64,000 nucleotides of DNA from a bacterium (lineage in GTDB: Bacteria; Elusimicrobiota; Elusimicrobia; UBA1565; UBA9628): the NCBI GenBank assembly GCA_021799485.1, contig JAJZAK010000009.1:2850-66849 (forward strand), read 5' to 3'. A program made the position numbers and the translations under genes. This document shows, piece by piece, positions 22,899-32,800 of this stretch; the first letter of the stretch is position 1, and the number at the start of each line of letters is the position of its first letter. The notes below the pieces were generated by a model that was not told the DNA's origin, made no database searches, and worked only from the letters and a program-made list of their open reading frames with translations.

Positions 22899-24323
22899 AT
22901 GGCGAAGATACTCGCCACGCTGGGGCCCTCAAGCTCGAGCCTCGATACCTTGGTGGCCCTCCTCAATGCCGGCGCGAACGCCTTCCGCCTCAACTGCTCG
23001 CATGCCTCCATGGCGGAGCTCGCCAAAACCGTCCAAACCATCCGCCGCGCCGCGGCCCAGTGCGACGCCGTCTGCGCGATCGTCATGGACCTCCAGGGGC
23101 CTCGTCTGCGCGTGGGACGGCTCTCCGGGGGCGGCGTCTCTCTCAAGAAGGGAGCCCCCGTGCGCGTGACCACCGAGGATGTCCTGGGTGGAGAGGGGCT
23201 TGTCCCAACCGACTTCAAACACCTCCCCCGCGTGGTAACCAAGGGTTCCCGTATCCTCTTGGATGACGGGACGATCGTCCTCTCGGTCATCGACGTCGCC
23301 GGCAAATACGTCGACTGCCAGGTCGCCGTTGGGGGGTTCCTTAAGGAACATAAAGGCATCAATTGTCCCGGAGCCGACATCGACCTTCCGGCCATCACGG
23401 AGAAGGACATGGCCGATTTCAAGATGGGAATCAAGCTCGGCATCGGCCATGTGGCGCTCTCCTTTGTGCGGACGCCGAACGATATCCGCTTGGCCAAGGA
23501 GGTTCTTCGCCGGGCCCGGTCCCCCATGAAGGTGATCGCGAAGATCGAGCATCCCCTCGCGATCAAGAACATCGACGCCATTCTCGATGAGGCGGACGGC
23601 ATTATGGTCGCCCGCGGCGACCTTGCGGTCGAACTCTCTCCGGCCGAGGTCCCGGCTCTGCAGAAGCTGCTCGTGCGCAAGGCCAACGAGGCGGGCAAGC
23701 TGTCGATCGTGGCGACTCAGATGCTTGAGTCGATGATTTCACATCCAACGCCGACGCGCGCCGAGGCCTCGGACGTCGCGAACGCGGTTTTCGACGGCGC
23801 GGACGTCGTGATGCTTTCGGGGGAGTCCGCCGTGGGCCAATACCCCGTCGAGGCCGTCTCCATGATGGCCGACATCATTCGCCGCGCCGAGTCCGCGCGG
23901 ATCGGCCTGTCCCACGTGCCCACGGGACTCAAGGACACGCAGAAGACGGGTTTTGCGAACGCTCTTGCCCGCGCGGCGACGGACGCTTGCGAGGTGACGG
24001 GGGCCTCCGCCGTCGCGGTTTACACGCTGACGGGCTGGTCGGCGAAGGTGATGTCCAAGTACCGCCCTCGCGCTCCCATCTACGCTTTGACGCCTCTGAA
24101 ATCCACTCTCCATCAATTGGCCCTCTATTGGGGCGTGCGCCCCATCCTCTGCCCCCTCGGGGAGTCAACCGACGACATGCTCCATATCGGGGAGCGGCTG
24201 ATGCTTAAGAAGGGCTATCTTCGCAAGGGGCAGACCGTCCTCATCTCGGCCGGAGGCACGGCCAAGCACCGCGCCTCCAACATGCTCAAGATCCACGTCT
24301 GCGGCTCGCTGACATATCGCTAA
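22899..24323 (+). CDS. pyk: Pyruvate kinase
   Basis: MAKILATLGPSS..., KIEHPLAIKNIDAIL, MVARGDLAVE, barrel + C-terminal allosteric domain; ORF 22704 trimmed to conserved start. Confidence 0.9.
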   Translation: MAKILATLGPSSSSLDTLVALLNAGANAFRLNCSHASMAELAKTVQTIRRAAAQCDAVCAIVMDLQGPRLRVGRLSGGGVSLKKGAPVRVTTEDVLGGEGLVPTDFKHLPRVVTKGSRILLDDGTIVLSVIDVAGKYVDCQVAVGGFLKEHKGINCPGADIDLPAITEKDMADFKMGIKLGIGHVALSFVRTPNDIRLAKEVLRRARSPMKVIAKIEHPLAIKNIDAILDEADGIMVARGDLAVELSPAEVPALQKLLVRKANEAGKLSIVATQMLESMISHPTPTRAEASDVANAVFDGADVVMLSGESAVGQYPVEAVSMMADIIRRAESARIGLSHVPTGLKDTQKTGFANALARAATDACEVTGASAVAVYTLTGWSAKVMSKYRPRAPIYALTPLKSTLHQLALYWGVRPILCPLGESTDDMLHIGERLMLKKGYLRKGQTVLISAGGTAKHRASNMLKIHVCGSLTYR

Positions 24324-24345
24324 GATAGGCGCTTATATCGTCCTG

Positions 24346-24639
24346 GTGACGGCTCCCGACATGCGGACGGCCGGAAAACTGGCCCGGCTTCTGGTGGCGC
24401 GGAAGCTCGCGGCTTGCGTCAATTGCGTTCCCGGCATCGTCTCCCATTATGCTTGGAAGGGGAAGGCTTGCCGCGATCGCGAGGCGCTTCTCCTGATCAA
24501 GACGCGCTCCGATCTGCTGGGACAGATGGCGGCCGCGGTCAAGAAGAATCATCCCTACGAGCTTCCGGAGATCATCGCGCTCCCCGTCGCCGGCGGCTAC
24601 GCGCCCTATCTCGCATGGATCGCCCAAAGCACCCGCTGA
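24346..24639 (+). CDS. cutA: Divalent-cation tolerance protein CutA (GTG start)
   Basis: ...KLAACVNCVPGIVSHYAWKGKA...KKNHPYELPEIIALPVAGGYAPYLAWI matches CutA1 fold; exact start uncertain (no ATG between pyk stop and conserved core). Confidence 0.7.
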   Translation: MTAPDMRTAGKLARLLVARKLAACVNCVPGIVSHYAWKGKACRDREALLLIKTRSDLLGQMAAAVKKNHPYELPEIIALPVAGGYAPYLAWIAQSTR

Positions 24640-25196
24640 TCCTCGCCTCGGCTTCTCCGCAGCGGAGAGTCCTTCTTCGAAAGCTCGGCATCCCGTTCCG
24701 GATCATCCCAAGCGGGGTGGCGGAAAACATGCGCGAGAGAAGCCCCCGGCGGCTTGTCGTCGCGCTGGCGCGCAAGAAGGCGGTCGCGATAGCCAGGAAA
24801 CGGCCGGGAGCCTTGGTGCTTGGCGCCGACACGATCGTTTGGCGGGCGGGGCGCATCATCGTCAAGCCGAAAAACGGGGCGGATTCCTTGCGGATCTTGA
24901 GATTTCTAAACGGCCGCAAGCACTGGGTCTACACCGGCGCGGCTCTCGCTTGGGATGGAGGCCGCCGCGTCTTGTCGGGCGCCGCGGCCTCGGCGGTCTA
25001 CGCGCGGCGGCTCTCGCGGGATGAATTGGCTCGCCTGGCCGGCAAGCATGGGGACAAGGCGGGCGGATACGCCGTTCAAGATCAAAAAGACCCCTTCATC
25101 TCGCGGGTCTCCGGGGACCGGGACAACGTGATCGGCCTCCCTTTGAAGCTCGTGCGGGCGTTGATGCGGCGTTACGCGACGGGCAGCAAAAAGTAG
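24615..25196 (+). CDS. maf: Maf-like nucleoside triphosphate pyrophosphatase
   Basis: LILASASPQRRVLL, GADTIV, GGYAVQD motifs; ORF 24414 trimmed. Confidence 0.85.
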   Translation: MDRPKHPLILASASPQRRVLLRKLGIPFRIIPSGVAENMRERSPRRLVVALARKKAVAIARKRPGALVLGADTIVWRAGRIIVKPKNGADSLRILRFLNGRKHWVYTGAALAWDGGRRVLSGAAASAVYARRLSRDELARLAGKHGDKAGGYAVQDQKDPFISRVSGDRDNVIGLPLKLVRALMRRYATGSKK

Positions 25197-26590
25197 AAGC
25201 AGGCGCCGCGAGGCTCGGCCTCCGTGACGCCGATCGTCCCGCCGTGCTTTTCGACCACCTTCTGGCAGAGCGCGAGGCCCAGCCCGACGTTTCCCACGTG
25301 GCGCTTGACCTCCTTCTGGTAGAATTTTCGGAAAACGTCGGCGCGAGCCTCCTCGGGGATTCCGGGGCCGGTGTCCGATATCGATGCCCGAAGGCTTCCG
25401 TTTTCGCGGCATAGCGCCAGGCGGATGGTCCCGCTTTCCGGGGTGTGCTCGACGGCGTTATGGAGGAGGTTGTCGAGGACCCGCCGCAAAAGCGTCGGAT
25501 CGCCGGAGACGCGATAGGCGCCGCCGTCGGAGATTTCCAGCTCAAGCTTCTGGCCTCGACGGCGGGTGACGAGGCCGAAGTCCTTCGCGCAGCTCCGCGC
25601 CATTTCGGCGAAGTCCACTTTCTCGCGCTGGGAGAGGTCCCCCAGCTCCGAAAGCTTCGCGAGTTGGAGGATATCCTCGACCATCCGCAAGAGCCTCGCG
25701 CTTGACTGCTCCATGAGCTCGAAGGTGCGGGGCCGGGGGCTCTGGCCGTCGCGGCGCCGCTCGATGCCCGCGGGGACGACGTGGTTGGCGTCCCATTGCT
25801 CCTTCAAAAGGTCCACTCCCGAGCGAAGGACGGTAAGCGGGGTCTTGAGGTCGTGAACCAGCATCGCCGAGAGCTCCTCTTTTTCGGCCTCGAGGCTCAT
25901 GATGCGGATTTTGTCCTCCTTGAGCTCGGACCCCATGCGGTTGACGGCGCGCTCGAGCCGGGAGAGCTCGTCGGCGCCGCCGCGCTCCAAGAAGGGCGTG
26001 AACGTCAGAGGGTCGTCGGCGATTCTCTCGATGTGCGGAATGACGAGCCGCAGCCGCAGGCCGAATTCCTCGCCTAAAAACCAGGCGAGGAGAACGATGG
26101 AGAGAACGGCCGCCGTCCCGAACTCGATGGCGTAATGGGAGCTTTCCACGAACGCGGATTCCAGACCCTGGGTGCGCAGGCTCACGAGCGCCGCGCCCTT
26201 GCCCAGGCTTCCCAGGGATATGGGGACTTGAATATCGTAGATGCCGTCGCGGACGGCCGAGAGGGGGACGCCGGGGTGCGGTTTCCGGCGCGCAAGAGCC
26301 TTCGAGTCGGCCCGGAACGCGATCGTCCGCCCCCGGCTGTTCTTGACCGCGATCGCCGCGACGCCCGCTTGACGGACGAGCCCCGCGAACTCCAAGGAAA
26401 GGTCCCGGGCGCGGCCGCGGCGCGCCTCGGCCTCGACGAAGGTCGCGACCGTTCTGGCCGTCAGGTCCGCGGAGCGCTGAGCCTGGAGGAGGGCTTGGCG
26501 CCGGAACGTTCCGAAAAGATGGCCGAGGAGGCCCGCGGCTACGATCAGGAGGATCGCGAACCAGAGGATGTAGCGCAAGGACAGCCGCAT
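25172..26590 (-). CDS. Sensor histidine kinase (2 TM, periplasmic sensor, HAMP-like linker, HisKA + HATPase_c)
   Basis: H-box MLVHDLKTPLTVL, N/G boxes (LLHNAVEHT, DTGPGIPEE, GNVGLGLALC); ORF 25172..27400 trimmed to MRLSLRYILWF TM start because upstream part is antisense to a real + strand gene. Confidence 0.8.
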   Translation of the reverse strand: MRLSLRYILWFAILLIVAAGLLGHLFGTFRRQALLQAQRSADLTARTVATFVEAEARRGRARDLSLEFAGLVRQAGVAAIAVKNSRGRTIAFRADSKALARRKPHPGVPLSAVRDGIYDIQVPISLGSLGKGAALVSLRTQGLESAFVESSHYAIEFGTAAVLSIVLLAWFLGEEFGLRLRLVIPHIERIADDPLTFTPFLERGGADELSRLERAVNRMGSELKEDKIRIMSLEAEKEELSAMLVHDLKTPLTVLRSGVDLLKEQWDANHVVPAGIERRRDGQSPRPRTFELMEQSSARLLRMVEDILQLAKLSELGDLSQREKVDFAEMARSCAKDFGLVTRRRGQKLELEISDGGAYRVSGDPTLLRRVLDNLLHNAVEHTPESGTIRLALCRENGSLRASISDTGPGIPEEARADVFRKFYQKEVKRHVGNVGLGLALCQKVVEKHGGTIGVTEAEPRGACFYFLLPVA

Positions 26591-26623
26591 GGCGTTTAGA
26601 CATAATAGTATACTCGAAAAACC

Positions 26624-27361
26624 ATGGCCGATCTCCGCGGGAAAACGGCCCTCGTCACTGGGGCGGCGAGGCGCGTCGGCCGCGCGATCGCCGAAGCCTT
26701 GGCGCGGCGGGGGATGAACCTGGCGCTCCATTTCAATCGCTCCCGCCGCGAGGCCGCGTCCTTGGCGGCGCAGCTGAGGCGATCCGGCGGAGTCCGGGTG
26801 GAGGCCTTCCAGGCGGACTTGCGAGATGTTCCCGAAACCAAGCGCATGGTCGCCCGCGCGGCGCGGGAGATGGGCGGGCTGTGGGCCCTCGTCAACAACG
26901 CCTCGCTGTATGTCAAAACCCCTTTCAAAACGGCGACCCTCAAGGATTGGGACGATCATATGGACACCAACGTGAGGGCTCCTTTTTTCCTGGCCCAGGC
27001 GGCCGCGCCTCATCTGCGCCGCGCCGGCGGCAAAATCGTCAACATCGTCGACTGGTCGGCTTTGAGGCCTTACGCGAGCTTCATGCCGTACTGCGTCTCG
27101 AAGGCGGCCCTGCTCTGCCTCAACGCGGCGCTCGCCAAGGAACTCGCGCCCCAGGTGGCGGTCAACGCCGTCTTGCCGGGTCCGGTGCTGCTTCCCGAGT
27201 CCATGACCGCCGGCCAGAGGCGGGCCGTCCAGGCGGCGACCCTGCTCAAGCGCGTGGGAGGCCCCGAGGAAGTCGCGAAGGCGGTCGTTTTTTTTCTCGA
27301 TTCGGCCGAGTTTTCGACGGGAGCCGCATTGACGGTCGACGGGGGGAGGCTCATTGCCTAA
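26624..27361 (+). CDS. Short-chain dehydrogenase/reductase, pteridine reductase (FolM/PTR1/sepiapterin-reductase-like)
   Basis: TGAARRVGRAIA Rossmann motif, YCVSKAAL catalytic Y-x3-K; 8-nt overlap with downstream PTPS/QueD gene. Confidence 0.65.
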   Translation: MADLRGKTALVTGAARRVGRAIAEALARRGMNLALHFNRSRREAASLAAQLRRSGGVRVEAFQADLRDVPETKRMVARAAREMGGLWALVNNASLYVKTPFKTATLKDWDDHMDTNVRAPFFLAQAAAPHLRRAGGKIVNIVDWSALRPYASFMPYCVSKAALLCLNAALAKELAPQVAVNAVLPGPVLLPESMTAGQRRAVQAATLLKRVGGPEEVAKAVVFFLDSAEFSTGAALTVDGGRLIA

Positions 27362-27776
27362 TCCAAAGCTTGGAGCGCCGTTTCGCGCGACGCGACGCAT
27401 CCATTTCTGCTACGGGCACAGGCTCCTCGGATACGCCGGCAAATGCCGTTTTCCGCACGGCCACAACGGCCTTGTCGAGGTCACTGTCGGCCGGGACCGC
27501 CTCGACCGGCTCGGGATGGTCATGGACTTCGAGGAGATTAAATCGAAGGTTCAGGGATGGGTGGACGAGGCCTTGGACCATAAAATGCTGCTCAACGAGA
27601 AGGACCCTCTGGTCGCGATCCTGAGGAAAATGGGAGAGCCGGTCGTCACGATGAAGGGCAACCCCACGGCGGAAAATATCGCTCGGCTCATCTTCGACCA
27701 AGCCCGTCTCCGCAAGCTTCCCGTGCTGTGCGTGCGTCTCTGGGAAACGCCTAACTCCTACGCCGAAGTCGTATAA
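27354..27776 (+). CDS. 6-pyruvoyl-tetrahydropterin synthase family protein (QueD/PTPS)
   Basis: C-x3-HGH motif (CRFPHGH), HGHNG..., 140 aa. Confidence 0.85.
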   Translation: MPNPKLGAPFRATRRIHFCYGHRLLGYAGKCRFPHGHNGLVEVTVGRDRLDRLGMVMDFEEIKSKVQGWVDEALDHKMLLNEKDPLVAILRKMGEPVVTMKGNPTAENIARLIFDQARLRKLPVLCVRLWETPNSYAEVV

Positions 27777-27786
27777 AGCCTGGCCC

Positions 27787-28803
27787 CTAACTCCGTTCTT
27801 TAAAGTAAGACTCAAAGAGCCTTAGAAGCTCGTCTTTTTGGGCGAGGGCGGCTTGAAGCTTCTCCTTTTCTTCGGCCCAGGGGGCGAAACTCGCGGCCGA
27901 CTCTTCTTTTTCCTGCTTGGCCTTGGCCGCCTCCGCCGAGGCTTTCTGGAGATCAACGGTGAGCGCGGCGATGGATCCCTCATCCTTGGCGAGCCTGGAG
28001 GCAGCCTCGTCCCGGGCTTTGCGGGCCTCCTCCAGTTCCCGCCGGGCCGCCTCCAAATCTGACCGCAGGCGTCCCAGGAGAGCTTTGTCCCGTTCCTCCC
28101 TTTCCCGGCTGATGTCCTCGCGATCGGCGAGCGCCTTTTCGGCGACGGCGGCTCGCTCCTCGAGGGTTTTGCGTCGGACGTCGAGTTCCGCGGCTGACAG
28201 GGAGGATGCGAGGCCCTTTTGCCTCTCGGCGTCGAGGCGGCGCTCGAGCTCGAAGAGGCGCTCGTTTAATGTCTTCTCGAAACCGCGGCGCTGGGACATG
28301 TAGCTTTGGAAGGCTTCCTCCTTCTCGGAAAGGGCCTTCGCGAGTTCCGCGCGCTCCGCATCGAGGGCGGCGATCGCCGCGTCCTTGGCCGAGGGGGGGC
28401 GCATGGCATCGAGCGCCTGCTCCCATTTCTCGCCCAGCTCCGCGAGCTTCGCCAGGATTCGCTCCGCGGGGGGCGACATGGCTTCGATTCTCTCCTCGAT
28501 CCGCTGGAATCGACGCGCGAGATCTTTTTCCTCGGCGAGGCGAGCCTTGGCGTACTCGGCTTGGAGCCGTCCACGTTCATCCTCAAGGGCGCGAAGCCAG
28601 GACGCGCGCTCCCTTTCCAGCGAGCGCAGGAGCGACTCGAGCTTCTCGTCCCATAAGGCCTCGCGCCGCTTGAGGTCGGCGATTCGGGCATGGGCTTCCT
28701 CGTAGAAGCGCTCAAAGCCTCCTTCGATGCGCTGGAAGGCCGCTCGCCAGCGGGCGACCTCATCGGGCGCGAGATGGGGCGACGCGTCTTCGGGCGGCAT
28801 CAT
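27787..28803 (-). CDS. Coiled-coil protein, unknown function (E/R/A/L-rich heptads)
   Basis: 338 aa, nearly entirely predicted coiled coil; ATGA start/stop overlap with upstream PorV-like gene. Confidence 0.55.
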   Translation of the reverse strand: MMPPEDASPHLAPDEVARWRAAFQRIEGGFERFYEEAHARIADLKRREALWDEKLESLLRSLERERASWLRALEDERGRLQAEYAKARLAEEKDLARRFQRIEERIEAMSPPAERILAKLAELGEKWEQALDAMRPPSAKDAAIAALDAERAELAKALSEKEEAFQSYMSQRRGFEKTLNERLFELERRLDAERQKGLASSLSAAELDVRRKTLEERAAVAEKALADREDISREREERDKALLGRLRSDLEAARRELEEARKARDEAASRLAKDEGSIAALTVDLQKASAEAAKAKQEKEESAASFAPWAEEKEKLQAALAQKDELLRLFESYFKERS

Positions 28804-29804
28804 GGCATGGAGAAGGTTTGAGACGGTTTCTTGGGAAGGTTAAAGGTCAAGCTCACGAAGCTTTCCGTACCCAGAACCCCCATCGGCACGAAGGCGTAAT
28901 CGATCGAGAAGCCCTTGAACTTGATCCCGAGGCCGGCGCTGACGGCCGACAGAACCCCCAAGCTCGATAGGGTCTCGGTGTTAAATCCCGCCCGGACCGC
29001 CCCCGAGATGTCGCGGTCGAAGTCGGCGGTGTATTCGGTCCCCACGGCGGCGAAGGCGGGGCTGTAGTTCGGCAAGGTCACGTCGCAAGAGACGAGAAGA
29101 GGCCTCCAGGGCCGCGCCGCGCCGCCCATCTTCGCTTGGAAGGGAAGGGGCTCTTGGGTTTGGACGAATTTGGGGCCGGAGCCGATGTTCTGCGCGGACA
29201 CGGCGAGGGTATAGGGGAACAGCCCGCGTTCGAAGCGCGCCATGGCCCCGATGTCGGCGCCGTAGCCGGTGGCCGTCATAAGATAATCCGAGTGGATGTA
29301 GCGGAGGGTGGCGCCTAGGTCGACGGACATGTCTCCGGAGGACATGTCGTAGATGTCCGATCCCCAGCCGAACTCGGCCACGAGGTTGTTGGGATTAAAG
29401 GTGCCGAGAGAGTTGTTGTTGACGTCCGTCTCCTGGACCGAGCCCAGGTTTTGATAGCGGAGGCCTCCGGCCAGGACGTCGAAGTCGCTGACCCGTTGGG
29501 CGTAGTTGGCCGCCTGGTAGTTGATGCCCGCGACCTGGCTTCCGTACATGAAGCTGCCGGAGGCGCGGGGAATGAGGGCCAATCCAGCGGGATTCCAAAA
29601 AATCGAATTCGAGTCGTCGGTGACCGCCGTCATGGCGCCGCCCATGGCGATGCCTCGCGCTCCGACGCCCATGAGAAGAAAATCGTCGGATGTCGTTCCG
29701 ACGCTTTGGGCATTGAAAAGGCCCGCTACGGCCGGGGGGCCCGGAGCGAGGAGGGCCAGAAGACAAAGCGAGAGAATCCGCGGGGATAAGGAGCCTAAAG
29801 TCAT
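28800..29804 (-). CDS. PorV/PorP(SprF)-like FadL-type outer-membrane beta-barrel
   Basis: Signal peptide, then ...LLMGVGARGIAMGGAMTAVTDDSNSIFWNPAGLA motif characteristic of PorV/PorP/FadL-like barrels; C-terminal ...LTFNL aromatic/hydrophobic barrel end; ATGA overlap with upstream giant CTD gene. Confidence 0.55.
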   Translation of the reverse strand: MTLGSLSPRILSLCLLALLAPGPPAVAGLFNAQSVGTTSDDFLLMGVGARGIAMGGAMTAVTDDSNSIFWNPAGLALIPRASGSFMYGSQVAGINYQAANYAQRVSDFDVLAGGLRYQNLGSVQETDVNNNSLGTFNPNNLVAEFGWGSDIYDMSSGDMSVDLGATLRYIHSDYLMTATGYGADIGAMARFERGLFPYTLAVSAQNIGSGPKFVQTQEPLPFQAKMGGAARPWRPLLVSCDVTLPNYSPAFAAVGTEYTADFDRDISGAVRAGFNTETLSSLGVLSAVSAGLGIKFKGFSIDYAFVPMGVLGTESFVSLTFNLPKKPSQTFSMP

Positions 29805-32800
29805 CGCAGGATCACGATCTTGTGGATTTGCGAGCCTCCGTTCGACTGGATGACGGCGAGGTAAAGCCCGCTCGCGACCGGTTGCCCGGAGGCGTTGCTG
29901 CCGTTCCAAAGGTAGGTGCCCGTCGCGCCTACGCTAACATCCAAGACCCGGAGGCCGCGCGTGGTGAAGATCCTCAGCCGCGACCCGGAGGGCAGGTTGG
30001 CGAAGGTCATGTCGAGGGAGCGCGAGGGATAAAAGGGGTTCGGGTAGATCTCGACCGGGCCCAGAGTCGAGGCGGGCTGGATTTGCGTCACTTCGTAGGT
30101 CGCGAGCTGGTCGATGGTGGCCGTGACGAGGTTCGTGGCGGAGTCGAAGGTGGTCGGAACGGGGTGGCATTGCTTCCCGACGGGGTCGTAGCGCATGACG
30201 GAGTATTCGCTGGTGGGTTGAGGAAGCTCCGCCGAGGTGTAGGACATGACGAGTTGGAGGGATCCCGTCGGTTGGATGTTCGCTCCGGGGTAGACGGTGC
30301 TGAGAGCGACGGCGATGCCGGTGCCCAGGCTGCCGCAGGGCAGGGGGGAGGGGGCCGCCGCGAGGACCTCGATCGAGGAATAAGAGGTGGCGAATGATCC
30401 CGCGGGTATCGTCAGTTGGACGAGTTCGCCGTCTCCAAGAGACCCCGTGACGTTGTTTATCGTCGTCGGATAGACGATGCCGCAAATCTCGCCCGGGGGC
30501 GCGGAGCAGGAGGCGGAGGCGGTCGCGGTGATCACGGCGGGGGATGCCGCCGACGGCCCGTCGCCCGAGAGATTGTACGCCGCGACGATGATGGCATTGG
30601 GGCTTCCGGGAACGGCGTTGGTCTGAACGTAGCTGGGCGCGCCGCTCACCGCGACCGTCGCGATCCAGAGGCCCGTCGAGGAGTCGTAAACGTCGTAGCC
30701 GTCGACGGGGTAGCCGGGCAGCTGCGACACGGGGTTCCATGTCCACTGGATCGCCGTCGCCGTCAAGGTCGAGCCCATGATATTGGTCGGGGCGGCCGCC
30801 GGCTTGAGAGGCCCTGCCTGCACGATGTAGCCGTTCGAGAACTGGGCGTTGGCTCCCACGCGCAATTGATACCAGCCCAAGGGCAGTGTGTCGGAGAGAG
30901 GAGGAGGATAGGCGGCGCCCATGACCGCCGTCAGGGAGCTGTTGATCAAATTCCAGGGCGTAATGGCGGCCGGTCCGTAATACAATTCGGTCGATAGGTC
31001 GACCGTGAAGCCTCCTCCTCCTTGCGGCCCCCCGCCGGATCCGGCCAGGGCCTGCAGGCTTAGTCGCGGGCCGTAAAAAAACGAGTTCGATCCGGCGCCG
31101 CCGCCGCTGGAGCCTTCGGTCATTCCTTGGAAATTCGATCCGGTCAGCGTGAATGAGTTTCCCGGGTAGAACGACGAGGCGTTCGAGCCCGTGACGGCGG
31201 GCTGGCGAATGCTTGGCGGGGCGCCGGCGGTGAGGGCGTCAGGGAAGGATGTGAAGTAACCGGACTCGATGGAATTGAGGTAGTTCGAGCCGCCGCCCGA
31301 TCCTCCGATGACGTAAAGGTAGCCGTTGGGAGCGAGGACGGTCGTATGTCCGATCCGTCCTTGTTTGATTTCGAAAGTGTAGGTGCTCCATGATTGAGTG
31401 TAGGGATCGAAGAATTCGTCGGCGTCGGGATTGGCGATAATGCCGGACCCCTGGGCTCCGCCGATGACCCAGACTTCGCCGTCGGGAAGGGCGACGGCGT
31501 TATGTCCAAAGCGCGGCGTCTGGAGCGGGCCTGTGGCGCTCCACTGCGATCCGGACGGCATATTAGGATTGAAAATGTAGGAGGAGCTCGTTTCGCCGCC
31601 GCCGTTGTCGCCTCCGGTGACGAGGACGCGTCCATCGGGCAGAAGGGTGGCCTGATGGTTGTAGAGCGCGGCCGGCATGGGGTCGACGCTCACCCATCCT
31701 GATCCGGGGGTGTAAATGGCGGCGTTTTTGACCGGGCCCCCGGCATTGATGCCTCCGCAGGCGAGAACGGCGCCGTCGCGCAGCAGCGTCATCGCGAGAT
31801 TGGACGCGCTATAGGGAAGGCTGGCGGTGGCGGACCATAGACCGGTCGTGGAAGCGTAAACCTCGGCCGAGCTGAGGTAGGAGCCGCCCAATTGGTTGCC
31901 TCCGGCGACCAAGACGGTTCCATCCGGCAAAAGAAGCATGCCGTGGTTTTGGCGCGCGTTTTGCATGCTGCCCGTCATGGCCCAGGCGCCCAGGGCCGAA
32001 AAATAGATTTCCGCCGTCGCCGTGGTCTGGGTCGATCCGCCGACGTCCGTCTGGCCGCCGGCCACCAGCACATTGCCGTTGACCAGGAGCGTCGCCGTAT
32101 GAAGGGCGCGCGGGTAGCTCATCGAGCCCGTCGCGGTGACGGAGTTGCCGTTCGGGTTGAGAATTTCAGCCGAATTCAGGAACCCGGACACATTTTCGCC
32201 GCCTGCCGTCAGAATGGTTCCGCTCGAAAGCAAGGTGCTCGTATGGTTCGCCCGGGCCGTCTGGAGGGAAGCGCTCCCCGTCGCGAAGCTGCGATAATAA
32301 AGGAGAGTCCGCAGGTTCTGATTGGCGGGACTGCAGGGAGCGATCGTGGGAACGGCGGCGGAGCAGGTCAGGCCTCCTGTCGCCAAGATCGAGTCGTTGG
32401 GGCGAAGCACGGCGGCGTGGCCGTAGGATTCGATGCTGCCGTAGTTTGGATGGTTGGCGAACGTCCAGGTGTTGGCCGCGGGGGAATATTGCTCCTCGTC
32501 TCCGAAGATCATGGAGTTGATGACGATCGTCGCGATGGCGACCGAGTAGTTCTTTCCGGTTAAATCAATATAGGCGGACACGGCCCCGCCCACATTATTC
32601 GGGTCTGTCCCGACCGGGGTCGTGGAGACATAGACGGTTCCACAACCGCTGGCGCCGCAAGCCATGGTGTCGCTCATCGCGCTGAGGGAGATGTTGTTGA
32701 GGGTGATCTGGCCGCAGTTCCCCGAGCTGCCGCACGTGACCCTCACGCCCGCGAGGCAGACGGCGGCGCCTTGAAGGTTGGAGCAGCTCGTCCCTTGCCC

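Noticed and set aside
25172-27400. 742-aa version of the histidine kinase ORF
   Set aside because: N-terminal 270 aa are antisense to the SDR/QueD genes and are Arg/Gly-rich; the kinase's first TM helix begins at the internal Met (26590).
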